A DNA stretch of 64,000 nt from Cirrosporium novae-zelandiae (taxonomy: Eukaryota): positions 930,001 to 994,000 of the forward strand of contig JAPETS010000003.1 of assembly GCA_026023565.1 (NCBI GenBank), read 5' to 3'. The notes beneath the pieces are model-generated. The model was not told where the DNA came from. It did no database searches and was given only the letters and a program-made list of their open reading frames with translations. Positions 12,906 to 26,687 of the stretch are shown here, piece after piece. Each line of letters begins with the position of its first letter. Within the stretch, counting starts at the first letter, position 1. Position numbers and translations under genes: made by a program.

Positions 12906-13526
12906 TCACATCTTCTCCCCCTGCAAAGTAGCAACGACCTTCCGAACATGTCTCCCATTCCGAAACTCCAAATACCAAATCCCCTGCCAAGTGCCCGTGG
13001 CCAACTTTCCATCTTTGATTGGAACCGTGACTGAGGCACCTATGAGGGCGGATTTTACGTGGGCCTTTTGTTTTTTGAGATGGGGGGTTAGTTTTTTTTG
13101 GGGGAGGAGACTTACAGGCATATCATCTAATCCTTCTGCGGAGTGACGGTATAGGGTTCCTTTTCTGTCTTCGGGGACTAGACGGTCTAGAGCGTCGGAC
13201 ATGTCTTCTCGGACCTATATATGTATATATATTAGATATAAATTCACTTCATTTCATTTCATCATCAATCCCTCTTTTTTTTTCTCCCCTCCCTTCTTCT
13301 CCTTTCCTTTTCTCTCCCCCCCCCCAAAAAAAAAGAAAAAAACACATACCTCTTCATCCCAATTCTCATTCAAACTCAACGCACAGCTCGTATGCTGCAC
13401 AAACAAATTCAACAACCCAACCTTATAGCCTGCAATCTCCGGGAGCGCTTGTTCCACATGATCAGTAATAAGATAGGAGCCCCGTGAGCGGGTGGGGAGC
13501 GTGAATTGTTTTTGGAACCAGGACAT
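12906..13526 (-). CDS. UPF0047/YjbQ family protein; exons 13526-13350, 13214-13116, 13064-12906 (possible upstream ATG at 13841)
   Basis: Motifs [40 protein letters not shown] and [14 protein letters not shown]. Confidence 0.92.
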
Positions 13527-14519
13527 TTCGTTTGTTGCTCCTGTTGTGGATGCAGATATCGTGGAGGGAGAAGATGGTGGGATACACGCGGGGATACAAG
13601 TAGGAGGGGTGGAGGAGGGGTCGGGGGGTTTTGCGGGAAAGAAAAAAAAGGTCGCTATTGAGAGGGGGGATTTTAGAAGGGTGAAAATCAAGGAAGGGAA
13701 AAAGGAGAGGAGAAATAGGGCTAGGAAGATGAGGGTTGGGTAGGTGTAGATTGGTGTTGAGGTTGAGGTTGAGGTTATTGTTTTTGTTTTTGTTCGTGGT
13801 GGTGGCTGTAGTGGTGGGGTTCTTGGATCTGGGGGGGGCATTCAATTTTGTGCCGTGCCCTTTTTTGGAGGAGAGGAGGTTCAGTTGGTTGGTTCGTTCG
13901 TTTATGTTTGTTTTTTTCTTTGACGGGGGTTTTATGTTTGTACTCGAGTATATTTGTTAACTTGTAAACTGTGTGATAATAATGAATGAATGGTGGGATT
14001 TAGAGGAGGAGATGCCAATGTACCGAGGTGGTTTGATTTGATAGGGTGATGTCATTTTTTCTCTCGTAACGGTTTGAACCGATGAGATGGGTGGTTGGTT
14101 GATAAGATAAGCCGAGGGGGGTGGGTTTCTTGGTGGGATACTTTAATAATTACCTACGCACTAATATTGACATGGATGAATTATTTTGAATGCTGTTCAT
14201 TTATATATTGGAAAGTACTAGCAATGTTAAAAAAATAGGCTTAGTATTTCGATAGGCCTTGGGTTAATGTGTGCATGTGTGATAAGGACTGGAATAAAGA
14301 TGGAATCATGTACTGTACAAAGTATTATCTATATCATATTACTTGTAGGCTAATCTTATACCTTAGACAGCACTTGATGCCTCCAAAAAAAGCCGCTCTC
14401 CCCCTTATTTCGTGCCTCTTTCTTGTGTCACGATCCCATATGAATAACCATCACCCTTTACAGATAAAAACCCAGCTCTTCCATCTGATGCCACATTAGT
14501 GTCACCACCCAATGCACAC

Positions 14520-16085
14520 TCACCACTCAGGCACATCCTGCTGAATATACATAATCCCCGACCTCGGATCCACCATATACCTATTCCTCCTCGGATCCCC
14601 CATCCTAACCCTCTCATCCCCCTTTAGACTTTCAAAGTAGCTCGTAACGCGTTCATGGTCCGGAGAAAGGTAGATGAATGGCGTATATCTGGTTTCTGGG
14701 GGACTCCATGTTGAAAGGATGGGTGAATGGTGAGGGGCGTTTCCAGGTGAGCCTGGAGATGAAGAGAAATATTGGTGGTGAAAATCATTGTCGATCCCGC
14801 TGTCAGAGGAAGAGGAGGAGGGGGTTCTTAGAGGGAGGGGGGAGTCGATATCAAGATCACTTTGGTAGTCGGAGAGGACAGGGGTGGGATCTTCTTCTTC
14901 CGGGGCCCAGGAAAACGGACCAGGGTCGACGCCGATTGAAGAATTTGACTCGGCGTCATTGTCATGAGAAGGATGATGAACAAATGTAGGCGAAGCCATG
15001 GCCGGCGTGGATGTACGATGAGGCACAAACTTTATATCAGAGTTCGCTGCATTTGAACGGGCATTCGTGGTGACGTTAGGAAGGAAAGACGGGGTTGTAG
15101 CAGTTGTTCCTATAGTTGCTTGTTCGAGAACGCGATCACCATTACGCACGCCATTCACAATCATCTCTTCCCAGCATGTTGGATCAATAGCACTCTCGTC
15201 GTCGCTGTTGAGACCAAGGTCAGAAAGCCAGTCATTATCCTCACTTTCAGGCGGCGAGACCGCTACAGTTCCATCAAGACTTGAAATTCTTGAACTCGAA
15301 TGGGAGCTGCTTGAAGGTGAGCTAAAGTAAGTATTTGGAAACGTTGGCATGGTTTGAGAAGGGAGATTCCTCTTTGGAGTAAGAATTCTAGGGCAATTGT
15401 TTCTGTGGGCTGGATTCTGCCTAGTGTGGTATGGAAAATAATTAGGCGCTGCAAGTGTAGGATGTGAAGACCACTTGTTGTGGTGGTGAGGCGGTGGTGG
15501 GGTGTGAGGACGTGATGAGAAACAAGGAGATCTAGGTGGGTCGTCTTCAGGTGGAAGGTCGAATCGAACCTTTTTAGGACGACAGGACGAAGAGGTATTG
15601 GATGAAAATCTTTGGGATGAAGGAAGATCTGCTACCATGTTGCAGGACCACTCGCCTTCGTCAAATGATGACGTTTCGCTTTGTTCTACGGCAACGCAAT
15701 GATTATTGCAAGGCTTTTTGCTTATATTAGATTGTTGCTTTCTTCTTCCATCTATTGTTGCTGCTGTCCCTAGTGCTGGCTTAGCAAGCAGAGGCCGACT
15801 GTTTACATTGTTGCTTGCACGTGTTGATTGTGCTGCTTGAGCTGGCTTAATTCCAGCATCTGATCGGCCCCGATAAATATCCCAGGGCACTAACACAAAC
15901 CTTTGATTCACTTGGCCATCCAGGTACGGCGACCTTTCTGGAAAAAGGATACGATTTGGTGGTGGTAGAGTCGCTCCCCTTACTGTGTTCTGGGGGAGGA
16001 CAATGGGCCTAGGAGATGGCCCTGGAACCATGGTCGCATTTCTTAGTAAAGGATCCGGATCCCTGATTCGAAGTGTTATGCACAT
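14520..16085 (-). CDS. Hypothetical, largely disordered Ser/Pro-rich protein with a short ordered C-terminal segment
   Basis: Uninterrupted 521-aa ORF containing a KKVRF (RVxF-like) motif. No family recognised and the true start is uncertain. Confidence 0.6.
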   Translation of the reverse strand: MCITLRIRDPDPLLRNATMVPGPSPRPIVLPQNTVRGATLPPPNRILFPERSPYLDGQVNQRFVLVPWDIYRGRSDAGIKPAQAAQSTRASNNVNSRPLLAKPALGTAATIDGRRKQQSNISKKPCNNHCVAVEQSETSSFDEGEWSCNMVADLPSSQRFSSNTSSSCRPKKVRFDLPPEDDPPRSPCFSSRPHTPPPPHHHNKWSSHPTLAAPNYFPYHTRQNPAHRNNCPRILTPKRNLPSQTMPTFPNTYFSSPSSSSHSSSRISSLDGTVAVSPPESEDNDWLSDLGLNSDDESAIDPTCWEEMIVNGVRNGDRVLEQATIGTTATTPSFLPNVTTNARSNAANSDIKFVPHRTSTPAMASPTFVHHPSHDNDAESNSSIGVDPGPFSWAPEEEDPTPVLSDYQSDLDIDSPLPLRTPSSSSSDSGIDNDFHHQYFSSSPGSPGNAPHHSPILSTWSPPETRYTPFIYLSPDHERVTSYFESLKGDERVRMGDPRRNRYMVDPRSGIMYIQQDVPEW

Positions 16086-16661
16086 CCTCCACTGCCCTAA
16101 TATAGAGCGTCATGGCGAATTTTTACATATTTCCAACTGAATTCGCTTACAGACCAACTTTGGGGTTGCATTCATTAGCGTCAGGTACCAGGGGAATGGA
16201 ATTGCCGTAGAAGGCAATTGCACGTACTGTGTCATCGGCAAGTCCATGACCTGCAGGGCTGTTGGATCAAAATATATCAAAAAGGAATATTTTAGAAATA
16301 TGGCCATGGTTTCTTGCCAGCTCTAGATGGAAGCGGCACTATAATGACACTTCAAAGGCCTTTACTGCCATGTTCACTTGGAAGGAAATAAATGTTAAGA
16401 GGCTAAATATGGTAGATATGGAAAGGGTTTGGATTGTAAAATTTAATGATGAGGCGAGAATCCCCATAACGGGCTCGATCTTTTGACAACGACAGAAGAA
16501 GAAAAGGTACTAGGAGACTGAAGGAGGATGGTTGAAAGGTGACATTATTATCGGATATGGGACGGCTGGTCTCCCGCCCAGAGCTGGTGCTGTTCAAGCC
16601 GAGTAGGAAGAATATAGGAAAGAAGAGTTGTACAGTATAACAATAACACAAGATACGAATA

Positions 16662-17483
16662 TCACAGTTTGGACCGCTCTTTTGCTTTCATGTCCTTCCA
16701 CCTGCGTGCCATCAACCACGATCTCAGAAATTGGTACATGGCAGCCAGTCCTCCGAAAGGTGGAACAATCAGCAATAGCCAACTCCACCATTTTGGATTC
16801 TTTTGTTGGATCTTCATCATAATTTTCTCTAGCTCCCTTTTTAGATCGTCTTTATCTCCATCATTCCAGACTACCACTCCAGCTCCTTCTCCTCTCATTT
16901 CGGCTCTGCGCGCCTTATCCCTTACATCCCATTGGCTTGCGACTCGATTGCGCGCATCTTCTTCCGTAAGATGTGGATCTCGATCTCGTAGTCTTTTCAT
17001 TTGAATTTCAGGGTCAGAGACTGCGACGACCATAACAGTTCCGCATAGTAAATCCATTCCTGCTTCGAAGAGTAGAGGAACATCAAGGACAACAGCCTGA
17101 TAGCCTCGAAAATAGGATTTCAGTAGTGATTTATACATCTCCCATCGTACCGCAGGATGTACGATTTTATTCAGGATAGCTCGATCTTTCTGCCGCTCCA
17201 GAGTGTTTCCAAAAACTCGTCGACCAAGTGCGGGACGATTGAGCGGCCTTCCCTTACCATCGGGGCCATTTTCTCCCACTTCGCTAGCTGGAAGAATGAG
17301 ATCTGGGGTTGTTGGAGAGAAGTAAGTAACAATTTTATGATAGCCAGTAGTTCCAGGCTCGACTACTCTGCGCGCAAGAAGGTCGGCATCGATAAGAGGG
17401 AGGTTGTAAGGTGGGGACGACAGAAGCAAGGATACCGTGGATTTACCAGTCGCGATAGACCCTGTAAGGCCAATAAGGAGCAT
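16662..17483 (-). CDS. CAB5: Dephospho-CoA kinase
   Basis: P-loop IGLTGSIATGKST, LIDADLLAR, LNKIVHPAV and VLDVPLLFE, with a C-terminal hydrophobic anchor. Confidence 0.96.
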   Translation of the reverse strand: MLLIGLTGSIATGKSTVSLLLSSPPYNLPLIDADLLARRVVEPGTTGYHKIVTYFSPTTPDLILPASEVGENGPDGKGRPLNRPALGRRVFGNTLERQKDRAILNKIVHPAVRWEMYKSLLKSYFRGYQAVVLDVPLLFEAGMDLLCGTVMVVAVSDPEIQMKRLRDRDPHLTEEDARNRVASQWDVRDKARRAEMRGEGAGVVVWNDGDKDDLKRELEKIMMKIQQKNPKWWSWLLLIVPPFGGLAAMYQFLRSWLMARRWKDMKAKERSKL

Positions 17484-17994
17484 TATATGTTTTCGTTTCC
17501 TTTTCGCAATCCTATGTTATTAATAGTAGCATACAACCACCTTTTATTTCTTGTCTCATCAATGAGGGGTCCTGTAGGTATTGTGGGGTTGTATTTGGAA
17601 AGTTGAAGAATTGCCGAGGCTAGGTACGATTACAAACTCAACAGCTAGAGCTATAGATGCTGGATAAAGTAGACCAAAGAACAACAACTATCTAAAGTGT
17701 AAAAGGACAAGATACTATACATTGATATATACTTTATAATTATGAAGACGATTCTGATCTCCATTCAGTCAACTTTGAAAGTTTAGTTATGGTTTCTTTA
17801 GTCTCATCTTTAATTTCTTCTCGATGTCTGTTTCTGGTTCTTGTGATTGACATTTATTACCATGCTCACTCCTCTATCTTCTGACCACACATGGGATATG
17901 CGTTCGATAACCACATGTAGGTTGGTAAAACCGGGGTGAAAAAGATATCGCACCCAGAAGTGCCAGCATTCTTTCTCGAGCGTTCTAAAACCCA

Positions 17995-19007
<1,013 letters not shown>

Positions 19008-19468
19008 CTAAATCATGACTAGCAAGCAAAGGGCGGAAGGTAAGAGCGATCGTCAATGGACACTGATAAGAGGCTTGGAAAGAACTATGCGTTGGCAAAG
19101 AAGGACAAGGCTTTCCACGGGATCAATTGTTGCCAAAGAAATGAAATGAGACAGATACCTTGATGGCCTTGACAAGCTTGAAGTTGCTCAAAACATAAGG
19201 TACCAAAGTAATTACCGGAGTTGGCGTTAGGCTGTAAGTTAATTACCACTAATCGTCAATTCTGCCCCGGTGAAGTCGGTGAGGTCGGATATACTGTGGC
19301 CCGCCTGAGGCCTCAAATCTGACATATAGTTGTAATCATCCGCATCTTTTCTTCAGCTCTTCTTACATTAGTTAGTATAATGCCGGACGTCTTTGTCAGA
19401 TACTTTAGGCTGCGTTTGCACTGACGCTATCAGCCTGAAGCCAAGCTGTATTCAGACAACAACCGCCA

Positions 19469-22400
19469 ATGCGAGGTTCTTTGATTTCCTGTGCATACTT
19501 CTTCTCAAGGCATCTTCATCGTATTGTTCCATCCTCTTCTTTGTTGCGGGTGTCCTTCACTTCAACATTTCCTGCAAATCCCTTTCGCATCGGGCCTTCA
19601 AATTCCCTGATATATCGTCCTGCCTCCACCATGGCTTCTATTGAACGCATTACCGATGAACTGGAAAAACCAGAACTCGATGATCGATCATATAGAGTGA
19701 TCAGGCTCTCGAACAAATTGGAGGCTCTGCTGGTTCATGACCCGGACACGGATAAGGCCAGCGCCTCTGTGAATGTCAATGTCGGTTAGTGCTAGGGTGC
19801 TGAGACTATTGTCGCATGTGCGTCAATGAACTCATGCTGACTTCTCGAAGGTAGCATGCTTGATCCTGAGGATATGCCAGGAGTGGCTCATGCTGTAGAA
19901 CATGTATTGTTTATGGGAACAGAAAAGGTATTTACTACAGCCTTGTCGATAAAAGGAAACATGCTAATGTACACAGTTCCCTGTCGAGAACGACTATAAT
20001 CAATACCTAAGTTCTCATTCCGGCCATTCAAATGCTTACACTGCCGCAACTGAAACAAACTACTTCTTTGAAGTGGCTGCGCAATCACAAGCTAGCAAAG
20101 AATCCTCAGACTCAGAAATAACTACGACGAGTAATGGCTCTGACTCTCCCTTTTATGGCGCTCTAGATCGGTTCGCACAATTTTTCGTTGCGCCTCTCTT
20201 TGATGCCTCAACCCTTGATCGTGAGATGCAAGCAGTTGACTCGGAAAACAAAAAAAACCTTCAGAGTGACGATTGGCGTCTGAACCAATTAAATAAGGCG
20301 TTAGCGAACCCAAAACACCCTTACAGTCATTTTTCGACAGGTAATCTGGAGACGCTGTCTATAGAACCTCAGAAGCGAGGGGTTGAAATCCGAGACGAAT
20401 TCATAAAATTTTATGAAAAGCATTACTCTGCGAATAGAATGAAAGTCGTCGTTTTAGGTCGTGAGCCTTTAGATACATTGGAAGCATGGGTTGGGGAATT
20501 GTTTTCGCCGGTGAAAAATAAGGATCTTCCACAAAACCGTTGGGATGATGTCGAACTTTACACACAAGATATGATCCTTACCCAGGCCTTTGCAAAGCCA
20601 GTGATGGAGGCTCGATCCCTAGACATGTTCTTTCCATATCAAGATGAAGAAGAGCTGTGGGAAGCATCACCGCAACGGTATATCAGCCACCTAATTGGCC
20701 ACGAAGGGCCTGGAAGTATACTTTCATATATAAAGGCTAAAGGATGGGCAAATGGTCTCTCTGCTGGTGGTGCACCTGTTTGTCCAGGGTCGGCATACTT
20801 CAGCATCTCTGTTCGTCTTACCGAGGAAGGCTTGAAGAATTACGGCAAAATTGTTGAGGTTATATTTCAATATATATCTCTAATTAAGGAGACACCCCCT
20901 CAAGAATGGGTTGTCGATGAAATGAAAGGCATGTCGGAAGTTGATTTCAGATTCAGAGAAAAGTCTCGTGCAAGTTCCTTCACAAGGAAATTAAGTAGCG
21001 TCATGCAAAAACCTTTGCCCCGGGATAAACTCCTTAGTGGGTATAGTCTCATTCGCAAGTTCGATCCCGAAGGGATTCGCAAAGGTCTTAGCCATCTTAA
21101 GCCCGACAACTTCAGACTGACAATTGTCAGTCAAGAGTATCCCGGTGGTTGGGATCAAAAAGAAAAATGGTATGGAACAGAATACAAACTAGACAAAATC
21201 CCGCATGATATGATCCAGGCATTCAAAACAGCTACAGACCTAAAAGGCTCACAGAGAATACCTGATTTGCATTTTCCACATAAGAACGAGTTCATCCCAA
21301 TCCCAAGCCGGCTTGTCGTTGACAAGAAAGAAGTCTCGAAGAAGCTAAAGGCGCCAAAGCTGATTCGCAATGATGAGGGTGTTCGTACTTGGTGGAAGAA
21401 AGACGATACCTTTTGGGTACCAAAAGCCTATGTTTTCCTGCATTTACGGAACCCTCTCATATGCACTTCTCCTGCCACTTACATCAAGTCGAGATTCTAC
21501 TGTGACTTACTACGGGATTCGCTTGAAGATTATGCTTATGATGCTGAAATTGCTGGTTTGGAATATGCGGTCATGGCTCACTCATCAGGTATTGATGTTG
21601 GTGTCTTTGGCTACAATGACAAACTCCTAGTTCTTCTTCAAAAGGTCCTTACCCGATTACGTGACCTCGAGATCAAGGAAGAACGCTTCGAAATCATGAA
21701 AGAACGACTTTCAAGATTCTACCGAAACTTTGATTATTCCCAGCCCTATCGCCAAGTCACTGATCACATAAGAGGGTTATGCTCTGAAGCAGCATGGACT
21801 ACCGAGCAATGTGGGGCCGAGATCTCTGCTCTTACATCTGAGGACATCAGATCGTTCTTCCCACATATACTTTCACAACTCCATATTGAGGTTTTTGCCC
21901 ATGGAAATCTACGCAAGGATGAAGCTTTGTTTCTTACCGATCGCGCCGAATCAATCCTAAAGTCACGAGTCTTGCCTACATCGCAATGGCCCATATCCAG
22001 AAGCTACATATTGCCTCCTGGAAGTAATTTTCTATACAAACGGACGCTCAAAGATCCCGCCAACGTCAATCACTGCACTGATACTTGCTTCTATGTTGGT
22101 CCCAGCAGTGACCAAGTTCTACGAGCCAAGGTTGAGTTGTTCGCGCAGCTAATGGAAGAACCAGCTTTCGACCAACTTCGAACCAAAGAACAATTAGGAT
22201 ATATCGTCTTCAGCCACGCCAATGTCGGCCGCACAACTATGGCCTTCCAAATTCTCATTCAATCAGAACGTAGTGCAGAGTATCTAGACCGACGCATTGA
22301 CGCTCTTCTCTTCGGTTTCTCCACCTATCTCAACGATCTCAAAGAAGAGGATTTCGAGCGCTACAAGCATAGTTTGATTACGCGGAAGCTTGAGAAAATC

Positions 22401-23030
22401 AAAAATTTGGATCAGGAGTTCGATAGGATGTGGAATGCCATTACAAACGAACGTTTTAATTTCCAACAGCATGAACAAGATGCTGAAACTATCAAGATCC
22501 TAACGAAAGCAGACATTATAGATTTCTACAAGCAATACATTGACCCACGCTCCGAGACAAGAGCTAAGCTTGCTGTGCACATGTATGCCCAAACAGACTC
22601 AAGCGACAAGTCAGCCTATATCATTGGAGCCATTGAAGAATCCCTCAAGCTACTAGGTGTCACCGTCAAATCAGCAAAATTCAAAACAGGATTTTCTTCC
22701 ATCGACTTTTCAAAACCAGACGCAGACGCTATCATTCAAGTGATCCAAAAATACTTATCCGACGACGCGAAGTACACAGCCGATCAAATCGCACCTATTG
22801 TGGCCCAAGGCCAACAAATACTTCCAAAATTACTATCTACGGCAGCAGCCAAAGCAGATGTGGATGCAGCCAGCGAGCCTTCAACGAAAGAATCTAATGA
22901 ACATCTTCCACTAAAAGAAGCTACCGTGATTGAGAACGTGCATGACTTCAAAGCCAGGATGCGACTTAGTGGCGGACCATTGCCAGCGAAGGAATTAGCT
23001 GCCTTTGAAGATTTTGAGTCGAAGCTTTGA
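19469..23030 (+). CDS. STE23: Insulysin/Ste23-like M16A metallopeptidase; 3 exons; second in-frame ATG at 19631
   Basis: Inverted zinc motif HAVEH in exon 2 (GVAHAVEHVLFMGTEK), NAYTA, HLIGHEGPGS and FDQLRTKEQLGYIV. The protein ends in ESKL. Confidence 0.95.
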
Positions 23031-25364
23031 AAATGCGTACTGTTCGAAACCACTAACACAGGAAATTAAATACTGATTTGAAAATAAAATCTTTAAGTCT
23101 GTGTATCATGACGCCTATGGCGGCAATATTCTTAGTAATATTTCTCCTAGAGGAAGCTAGGACTTAAATACGATTTGTCGCATCGTCATTGATGGCTAAT
23201 AGAGGCGCTTGTTTACTTTTTTTTAGTTTTGAAGACGAAAAGGGTTTTATGAATGTGAGATGAGGGATACATTTCGGGGTGATGGTGCATATGGAAGGAA
23301 GGATGTACACAAAGTATACATACACATTACATGCATGCATTTTGGTTCGGGAATTCCTTTAAGATGATTCAGGGTGATGTGATTCGGTTTGATGAGAATA
23401 CGACATGTTCTGACGCTTACCTTATGTTAATGTTATGCCTGACGTTATCTAGCCTCTTTCAAGTGTTTTTTTTTTTGAAAAATGAGTGATCTGCGTTGGT
23501 GGCTGTCTGTCGGGTCGTACCACACAGTAAGTAAGCGGAACTTGTGATTTCGATTTTGATAGAGATAAGACAAATCCAATCCAATTCAATCTGATAACCA
23601 CCTATATGTCCACAATAGCAAAGAAAAACTTACCGATATTGACTCGGGCTGCCATCGAGCAGATTCAAATAAGTGCGGTTGTGTACAGATTAACCGTCAT
23701 ATCCTATATTTTTTAATTTGTCACGGATATATTTATTCGACTTCAGCCAAGGCGCACATGCACTCCGCCCCTCCAATGCCATTTTATTCCCCCATCAACA
23801 TCATTTCCCTAAATGGGACGGTTTACTACTTAGACTCTTTCATTATCGTCAGCTGCAGCACAATTACTCTGGATATAAAAAAGAAGCAAGGTCCTCTTCA
23901 TCCGTCATCGAAAAACAAATGAATATTGCCTCTCCAAAGGTCACAAGAATCTTCGCAAATCCCTAGAATAGACTGCCCTGCACGAAAGGTCTGAGGAATC
24001 TAGAATTAGGGTCGAGCTTCTGGAGTTGGGGGCGATGATGCTTGCGATCATCCCTACTCCTGGTTACTTCTAGTGAATTGGTTGGAGAAGGAGGAGGAGG
24101 AGGGAATATGATTCCCATCAGATCTGCTTCTACGTTCATTTCCTTGGCTTAGATATCACCTAAAGTTGAAATCTAGCTCCATATAGAACGCATCACGGTG
24201 ACCCACCCCACAGCAAAATATAGGATATTGAAAATTATATTCTGGTTCGCCGCCACAAGAGATTCTATGTTTGTACCCGAGAAAGGTATCTATCAGGAGG
24301 AGTGAGAAGGCTTTCGAGGCCGTTTGGGTGTCTTTTTTTTTTTGTGTTAATGAATGGTTGGGCATTTAATATTTTGTGAAGACTTTCCTCGGGCTCTCCT
24401 TTGCTTTTTACTATACGTGTATGGTGGGTATCGGATATTAGAATAAGACTCGTGCATGTATCAGCCTGGAACGTGGCTTGAGCTGTACCATTTAACTTCA
24501 GGGGAAGAACAACGAGAAAGTTTTGGTGTGAAGAAATAAATAAATAAATGAGTTAATGCTCTTGAACATGAAAAAAAAAAAGAAGTTGGAAGATGATACG
24601 ACTCACTCGCCTACTTATTCATATTTATTTGTAAGTACGTACATGTGTTGAATAAATCCAACATAAAAATGATCTCACCATCTTAATAATTTATCCAACT
24701 TTTATCTGGTTCCCCAAAAGGCTAAGAAGGGGGGTATGTGTAAAACTGGTTTTTGCAATTTTGGTGGAGAGGGGGTAGGGATAAATATAAGGGTGGGAGA
24801 GAAGAAAGGGGAAGAGAAGGTTAGGAGATTCGAATGTGTGTGTATATAAATATACATCAAGTAGCGAAATATTTTAATAGGATCTTATCAAGAAAGGAAT
24901 CAAACAATGGGAAACATTCTCCTATCCATTCCTTTCACATATTATTAAATCACTCTCTCCATGATGAGAGGAGGTGAGAGAAAATATATATATAACAAGA
25001 AAAAAAGAGATCAAGAGAATTGAACCTAATCCCCTGGTCTCTAAAGAAGAAGTGAAGATTTAAAAAGATCTGCCGGAACTTTAGCTCATTAGTTAGTACC
25101 TTTCAGAGAACTGTGACCGAGTTTTCAGTTCCCGAGAGGGGTTTAGGGAATATTCGCTCGCACTCGTAGTTGAGCAGGAATGAGAAGAGGAATGCGAATG
25201 AGAATGAAAATGCACGAGAGCGGGTGGGTGAGTGAGTGCAGTGAATGCAATTGAAAATTGAAATACAAAGGTGAAGAAAAAAAACATACCTATCTATATA
25301 TCACCAACCCCCCCCCCCCTCTCATCCCCCCTCCCCACGAATTATCTAAAACCAGAAAACATCG

Positions 25365-26138
25365 ATGCCACCCCTCTGGGAGCACATAACCGTCCTCTTA
25401 ATCCTAATATTCCTAGTCTTCCTCCTAATCCCCTTCTTAACAATCCTCCTGCTCTATCTGATCGTGAGACCGATTGCTATACCAAGGAGTAGGTTGTATG
25501 TCAGCGAGGGTTTCTTGAGGATGGGAGGTGAACGGCAGAGACAGAGACAGAGACAGAGACAGCTCTCGCCGAGCGAAGACGTGATGTCTTCATTTGTAAG
25601 CCACGCAGATCTGAAAGGGGTTCGAAGTCCGAATATCGTTGACGGTGGGCTTGGGAGAGTGTGGGAGAGGGAGCGGGAAAGGGGTTTGGGGTGCGCGTGG
25701 GGCGTTGGTGATGAGGAGGGAATTATGGAGTGGAGGGATGGGATTAGGGATGGAGATGTTGGAGATAGGGGTAGAGAGGGGAAGATGAAGATGAATATTG
25801 TGGATACTGATGTGGTGAGCGTGGATCCAATGCCCTTGCCTACGATCTCAGGATTTCGACACCAGCATCATGATCATGATTATCATCACCCTGATCAAGC
25901 AATATCAACAACAGAACCCCCGCATCCACATCTGCACGCATTTCCCGTCCCCTTGAAACGTGATGACCACGACAAGAGTAAGGAACAAAATCCTCGTCAA
26001 AGCTCCGGGATGAAGCGGCTGAAGACTCTAACAAGTATGGAATCAAGAATTGGAGTTAGAGCTGTGTCGTGGTGGAAGGTTGACGGTAGTCGGAAAGGGG
26101 ATGTGGAGGATGAGGAGTGGGTTTATGATTGGGAGTAG
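25365..26138 (+). CDS. Hypothetical single-pass membrane protein with a low-complexity tail
   Basis: 257-aa ORF with an N-terminal hydrophobic stretch (ITVLLILIFLVFLLIPFLTILLLYLIV). An RQ repeat is encoded by (CAGAGA)n. Confidence 0.5.
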   Translation: MPPLWEHITVLLILIFLVFLLIPFLTILLLYLIVRPIAIPRSRLYVSEGFLRMGGERQRQRQRQRQLSPSEDVMSSFVSHADLKGVRSPNIVDGGLGRVWERERERGLGCAWGVGDEEGIMEWRDGIRDGDVGDRGREGKMKMNIVDTDVVSVDPMPLPTISGFRHQHHDHDYHHPDQAISTTEPPHPHLHAFPVPLKRDDHDKSKEQNPRQSSGMKRLKTLTSMESRIGVRAVSWWKVDGSRKGDVEDEEWVYDWE

Positions 26139-26687
26139 TTTTGACAGGGTAGATGGGGAGGTATGGGTATGGGTGTAATGATGATGGTGGTGTATTCAGC
26201 TGGGTCTGGATCTGGGTGTGTATGTATGTATATATCGCTAACCATTGGGCTATAGCCCAGATCTAAATATAAAGTAAAACGATCGGGATAGGTATCGGTT
26301 GGTTCTGAGGACATGACTTCTAGTGCTAGATAGAGTAGAAGCTTAGGCAAATTGACCGAGGCTTGTTGAGGTTTGCTCATAATACCGCTAGATAGAAAAC
26401 CAAATATGATCAATCGCAGTGATATCGCTATGCATCTTTACAATATAGTAGAACAAGGTAGATTATAATTTGCTTGGGCGGTGTAAAGAATATGGAAATA
26501 ACAAAGATGTTAACAGAAATGGTCAGATTCCATGTCGTTAAGCTCAACTTTTTGTTATAAATTGAAGGGGGTATCAGAATCTCTTTTTTAGGGCTCTCTG
26601 TGTATATATCTACCTAGAAAGTGTTTCCTTGTATTTTACAGCCATAAGTTATTTGTTTCTCGGGCTATCGCATATACTATTCTCCAC

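Noticed and set aside
23718..24365. Short ORFs between STE23 and the membrane-protein ORF
   Set aside because: No motifs, frequent stops in all frames and no consistent splice path.
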